DNA from: an uncultured Bacillales bacterium
Lineage (GTDB): Bacteria > Bacillota_I > Bacilli_A > RF39 > UBA660
Assembly (NCBI GenBank): GCA_946539445.1
Contig: CAMNHK010000004.1
Span: forward strand, 5,897 to 69,896
Length of the DNA stretch: 64,000 nt
Direction: 5' to 3'
The notes below the pieces were generated by a model. The model was given only the letters and a program-made list of their open reading frames with translations. It searched no databases and had not been told where the DNA came from. The position numbers and the translations under genes are program-made. Of the stretch, positions 28,598 to 36,953 are shown in pieces (positions within the stretch are counted from its first letter, which is position 1; each line of letters starts with the position of its first letter).

Positions 28598-28629
28598 CAT
28601 ATAATAAGGTTATTTTGGGAGGACACAAT

Positions 28630-30705
28630 ATGGAAAAGACAAAAACCAAGAATAAATTTTTACATTTTTGTATATCCTTATTTCAAATCATTGCGCTTGC
28701 TTGTTCTGCTTTCGCAATCTATGAAATATTTTTATTAGATTCAATTGAAAACCTAATTCGTTATATTATTATATGTGCGATTGGTTTGATTGATTTATTT
28801 ACTATATTAAAAACACTTAAGTATTTAAAAGGGAAAAATAAAAAGAATAAGAAACAGAAAAAAGGTTTATTCTTATTCTTCTTACTTTTTTACTCTATTA
28901 TCTGTTTTGGCATCGGCGGGGCGATTCACTATGTATATGGAAAAATTGATAATTTAAATAAAGATTTAATTACGTATACTTCTGATTTATTGGTTATGAG
29001 TACCAATCCTGCTAATTCCATTGAAGATATTAAGAATATGACTCTTGGTATCTTGGCGGATGAGAAATCTCCAGAAGGATATATCATTCCAAAAGAAATT
29101 ATTAAAGAATATAAATTAGAAGATGATAACTTAATAAAAGAATATGGGGATTACACTTCGATGTTAGTTGATATGTATGTCAAAGAACTAGACGGAATGT
29201 TTGTAAGTGATCACTATGTATCTATGTTCTCTGGCATAACTGGATATGAAAATATCGCAACCGATACAAAGGTCATTACAAGTAAAGATAAAGAAATGAA
29301 GAAAGCGGCTACTTCTACGATTGAAACAGCTTCTTCTGGAAAAGATGTTACCGAACCATTTACTATTTTATTAATGGGAATTGATTCTACGGATGATGTT
29401 TTGTCAAAGAATGCCATTGCCAATGGAGATACTCTTATTTTAATTACGTTTAATCCGAAAACATTAAATGCAACTATGTTATCGATTCCTCGTGATAGTT
29501 ATGTTCCTATTGCTTGTTGGGGTGGAAACCCTGAGAATAAAATTACTCATGCAGCTGCTTATGGAAATGACTGTATGATTAATACGATTCAAAATTATTT
29601 CGATTCTCATATTGATTATTATGCAAAAATCAACTTCAAAGGTTTGGTTAAATTAGTAGATGCTGTTGGTGGTGTAGAAATTGATGTTCAACAAACACTA
29701 TGTACAGATGATTCTAATCGTGATGGAGAAGTTTGTATTGAACCAGGTTATCAAACTTTAAATGGAGAACAAGCTTTGGTTTATGCTAGAAACCGTAAAG
29801 CTTTAGTCAATGGAGACTTTGGTCGAGGACAACATCAACAAGAAATCATTATGGCCTTAATCAATAAGATGAAGACAATTACAGAAGTTACCAAGTTTAT
29901 GGATATTCTAAATACGGTATCTAATAATTTGGATACTAACTTAACTACCAAACAAATCTTAGCTTTCTATAATGTTGGCAAAGATATTATTAAGAAAAGT
30001 TTAAGTTCTCCAGATGCTGAACTAATTAACATTCAGCAATTATACTTACAAGGTACTGGGCAAATGATTTATGATGAAAGAGCAAGAATGGTTCTTTGGG
30101 ATTTTATTCCAAACAAAGAAAGTCGTAAAGATATTATTCAAGCTATGAAAGAGAACTTGGAATTAGTACCTCATACTAATATTACAGAATTCCACTTCTC
30201 TATTAACAATCCTTACTATAAGAGAGTTATTGGAGAAGGACCTTATAACCGTGGATTTAGTTATACTCTTCTACCTGACTTTACAGGAGATACAGAAGAG
30301 ATGGCAAGAGCTACTGCTTCTCAATATGGTATTACAGTTACTTTCTTAGGAAAAGGTGGTACCGTAGTTGACCAAAGCTTCCCTGCTCGTAAACGTGTTG
30401 ATTTAATTAAAGAACCTTTAGTATTAACCTTATCTACTGCTAATGATAAAGAAGATGATAAAGACAAGGAAAAAGATAAAGATAAGGATAAAGAAACGGA
30501 TAAAGATAAAGATAAAGATAAAGACAAAGACAAAGATTCTGATAAAGATAATAATGGTGATAATACCAATACTGGTGATGACAACAAAGATGATAATACA
30601 GGAGGAAATAGTGGTGGCGGCGAGTCAGGTGGATCTAGTGGTGGAGAACCAGAAGAGCCAAAAGACCCTACTCCAACTCCAGGAAATGATGAGGAAGGAG
30701 AGTAA
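28630..30705 (+). CDS. LCP (LytR-CpsA-Psr) family glycopolymer-peptidoglycan ligase with extra N-terminal domain and low-complexity acidic/basic tail
   Basis: Three N-terminal TM segments. The LCP core reads FTILLMGIDS..GDTLILITFNP..LSIPRDSYV..HAAAYG..LVYARNR. The start was moved to ATG 28630 (MEKTKTKNKF), with GGGAGGA 7 nt upstream. Confidence 0.85.
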   Translation: MEKTKTKNKFLHFCISLFQIIALACSAFAIYEIFLLDSIENLIRYIIICAIGLIDLFTILKTLKYLKGKNKKNKKQKKGLFLFFLLFYSIICFGIGGAIHYVYGKIDNLNKDLITYTSDLLVMSTNPANSIEDIKNMTLGILADEKSPEGYIIPKEIIKEYKLEDDNLIKEYGDYTSMLVDMYVKELDGMFVSDHYVSMFSGITGYENIATDTKVITSKDKEMKKAATSTIETASSGKDVTEPFTILLMGIDSTDDVLSKNAIANGDTLILITFNPKTLNATMLSIPRDSYVPIACWGGNPENKITHAAAYGNDCMINTIQNYFDSHIDYYAKINFKGLVKLVDAVGGVEIDVQQTLCTDDSNRDGEVCIEPGYQTLNGEQALVYARNRKALVNGDFGRGQHQQEIIMALINKMKTITEVTKFMDILNTVSNNLDTNLTTKQILAFYNVGKDIIKKSLSSPDAELINIQQLYLQGTGQMIYDERARMVLWDFIPNKESRKDIIQAMKENLELVPHTNITEFHFSINNPYYKRVIGEGPYNRGFSYTLLPDFTGDTEEMARATASQYGITVTFLGKGGTVVDQSFPARKRVDLIKEPLVLTLSTANDKEDDKDKEKDKDKDKETDKDKDKDKDKDKDSDKDNNGDNTNTGDDNKDDNTGGNSGGGESGGSSGGEPEEPKDPTPTPGNDEEGE
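30445..30549 (+). repeat. Imperfect (GAT-AAA/GAC-AAG)n hexanucleotide tract encoding (DK)n
   Basis: It reads gataaagaagatgataaagacaaggaaaaagataaagataaggataaa...gataaagataaagataaagataaagacaaagacaaagat and encodes DKEDDKDKEKDKDKDKETDKDKDKDKDKDKDSDKD. Confidence 0.85.
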
Positions 30706-30723
30706 TTCTACTCTTCTTTTTTT
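30699..30723 (+). terminator. Weak terminator after the LCP gene
   Basis: AGAGTA-ATTC-TACTCT (6 bp) followed by TCTTTTTTT. Confidence 0.45.
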
Positions 30724-30786
30724 GTACTAATAATAATGTTTTTCCTAGTTACCTAGCAATTCTCCTATTCTAGTTTTTATAGGATC

Positions 30787-30813
30787 AAAAAAAAGAACTA
30801 CTATTGTAGTTCT
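30787..30813 (-). terminator. Terminator after the 208-aa gene
   Basis: Minus strand GAACTAC-AATA-GTAGTTC followed by T8. The stop codon sits in the loop. Confidence 0.7.
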
Positions 30814-31427
30814 ACTAGCCATAATTTATTACTATCATGGATAAATACCAATTGAGCACTTCTTTGATATCCAGCAAATTGATCATCCGTATAAGACCAT
30901 GTTGCTTGTACTGCATATGCTTCATTATCATTTTGATCTCCATATGCATAGGCTGTTTTGGTAACACTATTTATGTTGATATCAGCTACTACTGGAAGAG
31001 ATTGCTTACGATTGTTGTATATGTTATTTTCTACATATTTATAATAAGTATTTTCCGCATTTTGTAGAAAATTGGTTAGGATTCCACTATATACAAAATC
31101 TACTCCTCCGACGTCCGTTTTAGCAGTTTTATCGTTTAAGGAATAAAAGTCATAGATAAACATTTCTGTAATCTTTGATACATATTTTTCTTCATCTACT
31201 GGATCTTCTTTTAATATTTCTTTTAATTCTCCAAATAAAGTTTGATAACGTTTTGGTTTATTATCTTTTAATTGATATCCATATTTATCTACTTCATTAA
31301 CGACTTTTACTTCTTTTACTGGTTTATCTTTTGGTAACATCTTCTTGGCTGTAAAAAATCCAGCTACTGCTACTAAAATGAATAGTACTAGAACTAAAAA
31401 CTTTTTAGCATTTTTCTTTAATTTCAT
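30801..31427 (-). CDS. N-terminally anchored extracytoplasmic protein of unknown function, coupled to ltaS
   Basis: 208 aa with a single N-terminal TM. Its ATG lies 1 nt after the ltaS stop, and the RBS GGAAGGGGA sits inside the ltaS 3' end. Confidence 0.6.
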   Translation of the reverse strand: MKLKKNAKKFLVLVLFILVAVAGFFTAKKMLPKDKPVKEVKVVNEVDKYGYQLKDNKPKRYQTLFGELKEILKEDPVDEEKYVSKITEMFIYDFYSLNDKTAKTDVGGVDFVYSGILTNFLQNAENTYYKYVENNIYNNRKQSLPVVADININSVTKTAYAYGDQNDNEAYAVQATWSYTDDQFAGYQRSAQLVFIHDSNKLWLVELQ

Positions 31428-31428
31428 T

Positions 31429-33501
31429 TTAATCCCCTTCCATTTCTTGATTTTTTTCTTTGTTTAATAAATCAAAGACAATAATGTCATTGGATATTTC
31501 TAATATTTTATTGGTATATTCCGTATTTTTACTTATCTCTTCTTCTGTAATAGGTTCTTCGGATAATGGCAGATAAGCTACTTTTTGACTATTATAATAT
31601 AATTTGTTGGTTACCCAGTTTCCATTTGGGAATACTACAATATTACTATCTTTAATATAATAAATATCGTGGCCTAAGATATAGGAATTACTAAATCCAA
31701 ACATATTACCTAGAGTTGGTACTACGTCATACATTCCCATTACATTGGTATTTTCAAAATTAAGCTTTGATCCAGCCATATCTTTGGTCCAAATAATGAA
31801 TGGTACTTTTCTTCCTAATTCATATTGATATGAATCATATTCTTTGTATCTTGGATCTTCTTTATCATACATCTCATCGGTTTCTAAATCATAATTATAT
31901 AATAAATTATAGTCTTTTCTTGGAAGTCTAGCGTCATGATCTCCATATAATACAAATACCGTGTTTTCTAATAATCCGTTCTCCTCTAATTGTTGAATAA
32001 ATTCTCCTAAAGCTTCATCTGCATAATGAACGGATTTAAAATAGTTCCCTAGTTTTGTTTCTTCCATATAAGGATGAATGATTTCCTCTTCCACCCCTTC
32101 TTCGTTTATAATTGTTTCTTTTATGTCTACTGGGAATTCTCCATATTTTTCTACTTCTGAGAATGGTGTATGGTTAGATAACATAATTAATAATCCATAC
32201 CATTTTTCGTGTTCTTCATTGATTTGTTTCATTTTATCAATGGATTGACGGAAAAATTCTTTATCAGATAGTCCTAATCCTATGATATTTTCTTTTGTTA
32301 CTTCATAGTCAGATTTACTATAGAATTTGTCATATCCAAGATTATTATGCATAGCTCGTCGATTCCAGAAATCAGCATTATTGGCATGCATACTAAAGGT
32401 ATAATATCCTTTTTCTTTTAATAAAGTAGGGATTCCAATATAAGTACGATCAGAGTAAGACACAAATGCTGTACCACTCTTGGTTGGAAGTAAGGAAGTA
32501 TTGAATGTCAATTCTGAGTCACTACTGGTTCCAACGCTTACTTGGGAATAGAAGTTTGAAAAATACATTCCTTCCTTGGATAGTTTATTTAAATTCGGAG
32601 TTACTTCTTGACCATTGAACTCTAATCCAATTAAATTGGTCATCATACTTTCTCCGTGAATTACAATTACATTTTTTCCTTCAAAAATATTGGTATATTC
32701 ATTCGGAGCTGTTGTATCTCCTTTTTGAGCTAGGTAATCATGGAATTCTTTATTGGCTTTATCAAATCCAAACATAGAATTAATTTTTGGTTGAACGGAA
32801 GTGATTAAATCGTTTACTTGGTATACATAGATACCAAATCGCATAACTACATATTCTTTATTCCATTGTTTAAAAAATCTTGATACATCTAGGGATGTAA
32901 GGGTTAGTAAAAAGATTGCGAGTAAAACACCAGAGGCTGTTAGTGTGGTTAAAGTCTTTTTTCTTCTATCGGCTTTTACTTCTACCTTTTTATAATAGTT
33001 TTTCTTTTTTAGTTTTATGTGAACTAGAATCATAATAATTGGGCCAATTACATAAAATAAGTCTTTTAATTGTAGTACGTTTTCAACAACGGCATCTCCC
33101 ACATCTCCTATATATTGTGTTAGAGATAGCATCGAAATGGATGCAAAAGATGTATAGAACGTATAATAAGCGGAATTAATAGTACATATGGCTGTTAAAA
33201 AGACACTGGCACAGAAGTAATAGACAAAACGATTCTTTGGTTTGATTAAATAACCAAAAGCTCCTATTATCATAACAACAATTGTATCTGCTAGTACTGC
33301 TTTCCATGATAAATAGTTCTCAATGGAATGCATACAAAAAAATCTAAGCATTGTGGAATTGAAAACAGATGTTAATAAAAAAGAAATAAATAAAACATTA
33401 TTCTTAAAATATTCTTTTACTAAATGTTCGGTCTTAATTCTTTTTATTTGTTTTACTAAACTGTTTTTCCATTTATTTATAACATTTTTTAGTAATTTCA
33501 T
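31429..33501 (-). CDS. ltaS: Lipoteichoic acid synthase family protein (five TM segments plus sulfatase-like domain)
   Basis: 690 aa. The N-terminal region is polytopic. The extracellular domain carries VIVIHGESM..., SVGTSSDSELT, NADFWNR and GDHD, which are motifs of the LtaS/alkaline-phosphatase superfamily. Confidence 0.8.
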   Translation of the reverse strand: MKLLKNVINKWKNSLVKQIKRIKTEHLVKEYFKNNVLFISFLLTSVFNSTMLRFFCMHSIENYLSWKAVLADTIVVMIIGAFGYLIKPKNRFVYYFCASVFLTAICTINSAYYTFYTSFASISMLSLTQYIGDVGDAVVENVLQLKDLFYVIGPIIMILVHIKLKKKNYYKKVEVKADRRKKTLTTLTASGVLLAIFLLTLTSLDVSRFFKQWNKEYVVMRFGIYVYQVNDLITSVQPKINSMFGFDKANKEFHDYLAQKGDTTAPNEYTNIFEGKNVIVIHGESMMTNLIGLEFNGQEVTPNLNKLSKEGMYFSNFYSQVSVGTSSDSELTFNTSLLPTKSGTAFVSYSDRTYIGIPTLLKEKGYYTFSMHANNADFWNRRAMHNNLGYDKFYSKSDYEVTKENIIGLGLSDKEFFRQSIDKMKQINEEHEKWYGLLIMLSNHTPFSEVEKYGEFPVDIKETIINEEGVEEEIIHPYMEETKLGNYFKSVHYADEALGEFIQQLEENGLLENTVFVLYGDHDARLPRKDYNLLYNYDLETDEMYDKEDPRYKEYDSYQYELGRKVPFIIWTKDMAGSKLNFENTNVMGMYDVVPTLGNMFGFSNSYILGHDIYYIKDSNIVVFPNGNWVTNKLYYNSQKVAYLPLSEEPITEEEISKNTEYTNKILEISNDIIVFDLLNKEKNQEMEGD

Positions 33502-33522
33502 ATTCTTTTACCTCACTCTATA

Positions 33523-33551
33523 AGTATACCATTCTTTTTGTCTATTTTCAA
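33523..33551 (-). promoter_or_regulatory. Sigma-A promoter: TTGAAA, 17-nt spacer, TGGTATACT
   Basis: Read on the minus strand. It drives ltaS. Confidence 0.7.
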
Positions 33552-33567
33552 TGTCTATTAAAGGTCT

Positions 33568-33593
33568 AAAAAAAGAGAAATTATAATTCCTCT
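33568..33593 (-). terminator. Terminator-like hairpin at the yihY 3' end
   Basis: AGAGGAATT-AT-AATTTCTCT (one mismatch) followed by T6 on the minus strand. Confidence 0.5.
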
Positions 33594-34393
33594 TTGTAAG
33601 TACTGGCGTTAATAACCATTCCAAGTACAAATATATATGATAATAAATAAACCCATAATAGCAAGATTAAAATATTGGAAATACTACCATAGAAAATATC
33701 ATAGGTTGCGAAGGTCTCTACATAAAAAGCAAATATCTCTGTTGCGAGTACCCAACCAATGGTTGTAAAAATGGCTCCTTTATTGGTTGTTTTCGTTGGT
33801 ATTTCTTGGTCTGGGGCAATTACATACATTAATTTTATACTAATAAATAAAATTAATAGAATAATTGGGTATTTTAGAATTTGCAATACTTTTTGCATAA
33901 TCATAATCACCGTTCCACTACCGGTTAGTTCTTTGATAATATCAAATAACGTACTACCAAATACAGGAACTAATAATAAGAATAAAAACAAGGCTACCAT
34001 GATGAAGGTCATTACTATGGCTTTTACTCTTCTACTAATCATATTTCTAGGTTCTACTTTATATATTTCATTGGATGTATTAATCATAGAATACGTTCCA
34101 TTGGATGCTAATAAAAAAGCTGAAAAGTAGAACACAATAATGTTAAAATTAATTCCATCTCCTGTGATAATACTATTTATGATACTCGCTATTTCCGTTG
34201 GAACGGACTGGGAAATAGCCAGTCTAACGGTCTCTGTTGATATGGATAATGCTGCTGTTAGAGTTGCAATCATAGCTACTAATGGAATAATGGTCATAAC
34301 AAGAAAAAAAGCAAGTTGTCCTGGCAATATTCTCATTTCTGGTCGCATTAATAGTTTGAATATTTTCAGAATAAAATCTCTTGCTTTTTCCAT
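33581..34393 (-). CDS. YihY/BrkB-family membrane protein
   Basis: 270 aa with six TM segments. The LPGQLAFFLVMTIIPL motif is typical of YihY. Confidence 0.75.
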   Translation of the reverse strand: MEKARDFILKIFKLLMRPEMRILPGQLAFFLVMTIIPLVAMIATLTAALSISTETVRLAISQSVPTEIASIINSIITGDGINFNIIVFYFSAFLLASNGTYSMINTSNEIYKVEPRNMISRRVKAIVMTFIMVALFLFLLLVPVFGSTLFDIIKELTGSGTVIMIMQKVLQILKYPIILLILFISIKLMYVIAPDQEIPTKTTNKGAIFTTIGWVLATEIFAFYVETFATYDIFYGSISNILILLLWVYLLSYIFVLGMVINASTYKEEL

Positions 34394-34404
34394 TTTATCA
34401 CCTT

Positions 34405-36444
34405 TTATTTATAATCCTCTTTATTCGTTATCATTTCTAGAGTTGCTTCGTTGATGGCATCATCTAAAGTTTTAATTTCATCAGTAATCATACTATAACC
34501 AACTGCTGCCCCAAATTCATGAGGTAAATTCTTCATTTCTTTGGCTAGTTTCTTGGTATAAGTACTGATTTGACGATCACTATATCCAACTAGATATATT
34601 AAGAACTCATTTCCATCGGTACGTATAATTTCACTGTTTTCTAATTGGGTATTAACTAGAATACCAGCAGCTTTGATAATTAATTGGTCTCCTTCTTCAT
34701 GACCATAATTATCGTTAACGTATTTAACGTTATTTAAGTCTACCATAACGATTGATTGAGGGAATACTTCACAATCTTCCCATTCTTTCATTTTGGCATT
34801 TAAATAGTTACGATTCTTTAGAGATGTTAACATATCGGTATATTTATGACGATCTTGAATCTTAACTTTTTTGATTTGTTTTTTCTTCTTTAGAATCAAA
34901 TATACTAATGTAAACAATATAATTGGAGTAAATATTACTATTAAAGCAATGGTATATACTTGCTCTAAAGTTGAGTCTTCTAAGATGGAAGCATTTAAAT
35001 TTGTGATACCGGAATTGCGATAATTATAATAGGAATTGGTATTCATAATGTAGTTAAACAAATCATAAAAAGCTTCATTATTACTTTTTACCATAAACTT
35101 ATAATCATTCATCATGGTATCTTCATATAATAATTTTAGTTTTTTAAATTTATTATTTTGATAATAAGAATAGATTTCTCTATCTACTACAATAAGTCTG
35201 TCTCCGGCTTCTTTTAATAAACTATTAATATTCGTATAATCTTGAATATCCGCTCTAGAGTTATTGGTGAAATAATTGTATAGAGAATCTCCTTTTAACA
35301 TAGCAATTTCTTGTCCTTTTAAACTTTCAAAGGAATTAACAATATGATTGTCTTCTTGTTTTCCAAGTACAACATAATCTTCAATGAAAGTAGAAAGAGT
35401 CGATAGATATTGATCATTACTGTAATTATAATAATCAAAGTAAACATCAATCTCTCCCTTGTCAATAGCTTGCTGTAATTCTTTCTTACTATGAAATCTC
35501 TTATATTTGAAATTAATATTCGCTAATCGAGATACACGATCAATATATTCTCCAGCTATTCCAGCTACTTTTCCATGAACTTTTACTTCATATGGTGCAT
35601 TTTCAATATATCCATATACATAATTCTTGGAAATTAAGGTAGCTTTTGTTTTGGCATCTAATTGATTCTTATCTAGATAATAATTTAGATAAGCATCATT
35701 ATATTCTTTAATATAATTGGTTTGTCTCCATTTATTATAGTATTTTGTTACAATGGTATTTAATTCTTTGTTATCATCGCTTAAGGTCAAAACGATTTGT
35801 TTCTTTAATTCTGTGAAATAATAGTTAATCGAATATTTCCCTTTTTCAATGGTATAGTCTAAATACATAATATTTGGAACTATAATCATATTAATTTCAT
35901 CAGCATTTAATGCGGTATATAAATCTGCTATATTGTCATAAGGCTTATACGATAAATTGTTTCCACTCTTTAAATAGAAACTTATTTCGTCTAAATCTTC
36001 TTTTAATACTCCAAAAGTAATATTTTTCATATCACTTACATGATTGATTCTTTGATAGGTTTTTCCGATTGCGACGTAATTATCATTAAATAAGAATAAA
36101 TCATTTTTGGATATTTTTTCATCATTTCCTAAAATGGTAATACGATAACTATTACCCATAGGAATGGAAGTTTTTAAATAAGGAATCTTATTGAATTCAA
36201 TTCCTATTTTTTCTTCAAAGTCTTTTGCAAAATCGAAGATTACTCCTTCTCCGTTGGTTCCATATAACGGATAATCATTTACTAATTCGAAGTCATAGGC
36301 TTGCTCTTTATTCTCTTCCACCCATCTTTTTTCGGCTACTGTTAAAGTCGTGGTTTTATCTTCTTTATTGTAATAACGATAAACAAAAAAGAAGGTAATG
36401 GCTGCAATTAAGACAGGAATTATGATTATTAATCTTTTTTTCAT
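34405..36444 (-). CDS. Membrane sensor with two extracytoplasmic SBP-like domains, one TM segment and a degenerate GGDEF domain (DGNEF)
   Basis: 679 aa. It has an N-terminal signal-anchor and two periplasmic-binding-protein type-2-like repeats. A TM segment lies near residues 495-515. The domain then reads DMLTSLKNRNYL..VMVDLNNVKYVNDNYGHEEGD..RTDGNEFLIYL. The signature codons sit at 34603..34617. Confidence 0.75.
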   Translation of the reverse strand: MKKRLIIIIPVLIAAITFFFVYRYYNKEDKTTTLTVAEKRWVEENKEQAYDFELVNDYPLYGTNGEGVIFDFAKDFEEKIGIEFNKIPYLKTSIPMGNSYRITILGNDEKISKNDLFLFNDNYVAIGKTYQRINHVSDMKNITFGVLKEDLDEISFYLKSGNNLSYKPYDNIADLYTALNADEINMIIVPNIMYLDYTIEKGKYSINYYFTELKKQIVLTLSDDNKELNTIVTKYYNKWRQTNYIKEYNDAYLNYYLDKNQLDAKTKATLISKNYVYGYIENAPYEVKVHGKVAGIAGEYIDRVSRLANINFKYKRFHSKKELQQAIDKGEIDVYFDYYNYSNDQYLSTLSTFIEDYVVLGKQEDNHIVNSFESLKGQEIAMLKGDSLYNYFTNNSRADIQDYTNINSLLKEAGDRLIVVDREIYSYYQNNKFKKLKLLYEDTMMNDYKFMVKSNNEAFYDLFNYIMNTNSYYNYRNSGITNLNASILEDSTLEQVYTIALIVIFTPIILFTLVYLILKKKKQIKKVKIQDRHKYTDMLTSLKNRNYLNAKMKEWEDCEVFPQSIVMVDLNNVKYVNDNYGHEEGDQLIIKAAGILVNTQLENSEIIRTDGNEFLIYLVGYSDRQISTYTKKLAKEMKNLPHEFGAAVGYSMITDEIKTLDDAINEATLEMITNKEDYK

Positions 36445-36452
36445 ATTAACCT

Positions 36453-36899
36453 CTATCTATCTTTTGTCCAAAATATTTCTGTTCTTGTATGATGTCTATA
36501 ACCTATAATTGGAAATTGAGCTTCATTTGCAGAGTTAGCGATTAAGATTTGAATATCATAATAAGCTTTTTCCTCTTCTGAGAATACCTCTACAATTGTA
36601 TTTCCTAGTCCCTTAGCTCCTTCAACCGTTACGTCTGGATTTACCGTAATATCTACATAGATAATACGTCCTGCTACTCGTACTTCTGTTGTAATCGTGC
36701 TGTCTTTTATAGCCTCTTTTACACGGTTTATATGATCGTTGGTAATTGGTACTTTTTCTTTTCCTTCCAAACGAGTTCCATAAATGGCTTTGGTTTCATT
36801 TGGGAAAAAGATTTCTTTGGCTAATAGTAATCCTACTACCAATAAAATCAATATAGCAATTGCCACTATCATATTAATGTGTTTCTTTATAAACTTCAT
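36453..36899 (-). CDS. N-terminally anchored small protein of unknown function
   Basis: Starts MKFIKKHINMIVAIAILILLVV. The track start at 36932 adds 11 residues and has no RBS. Both candidate starts are weakly supported. Confidence 0.5.
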   Translation of the reverse strand: MKFIKKHINMIVAIAILILLVVGLLLAKEIFFPNETKAIYGTRLEGKEKVPITNDHINRVKEAIKDSTITTEVRVAGRIIYVDITVNPDVTVEGAKGLGNTIVEVFSEEEKAYYDIQILIANSANEAQFPIIGYRHHTRTEIFWTKDR

Positions 36900-36953
36900 A
36901 TTTTCACATCCTAATTTATTTTCATTATACACTAAGTACCCTTGTTTTTCAAC

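Noticed and set aside
30445-30549. Whether the short tandem repeats here could be a CRISPR array or a minisatellite locus.
   Set aside because: The period is 6 nt with no spacers, the tract is entirely in-frame within a CDS, and no cas genes are present.
30321-30587. A minus-strand ORF encoding (LS)n, and a plus-strand out-of-frame ORF at 30443-30730 encoding (KI/KT)n.
   Set aside because: Both are alternative-frame readings of the (GATAAA)n tract inside the LCP gene. The LCP frame is continuous with a conserved catalytic domain.
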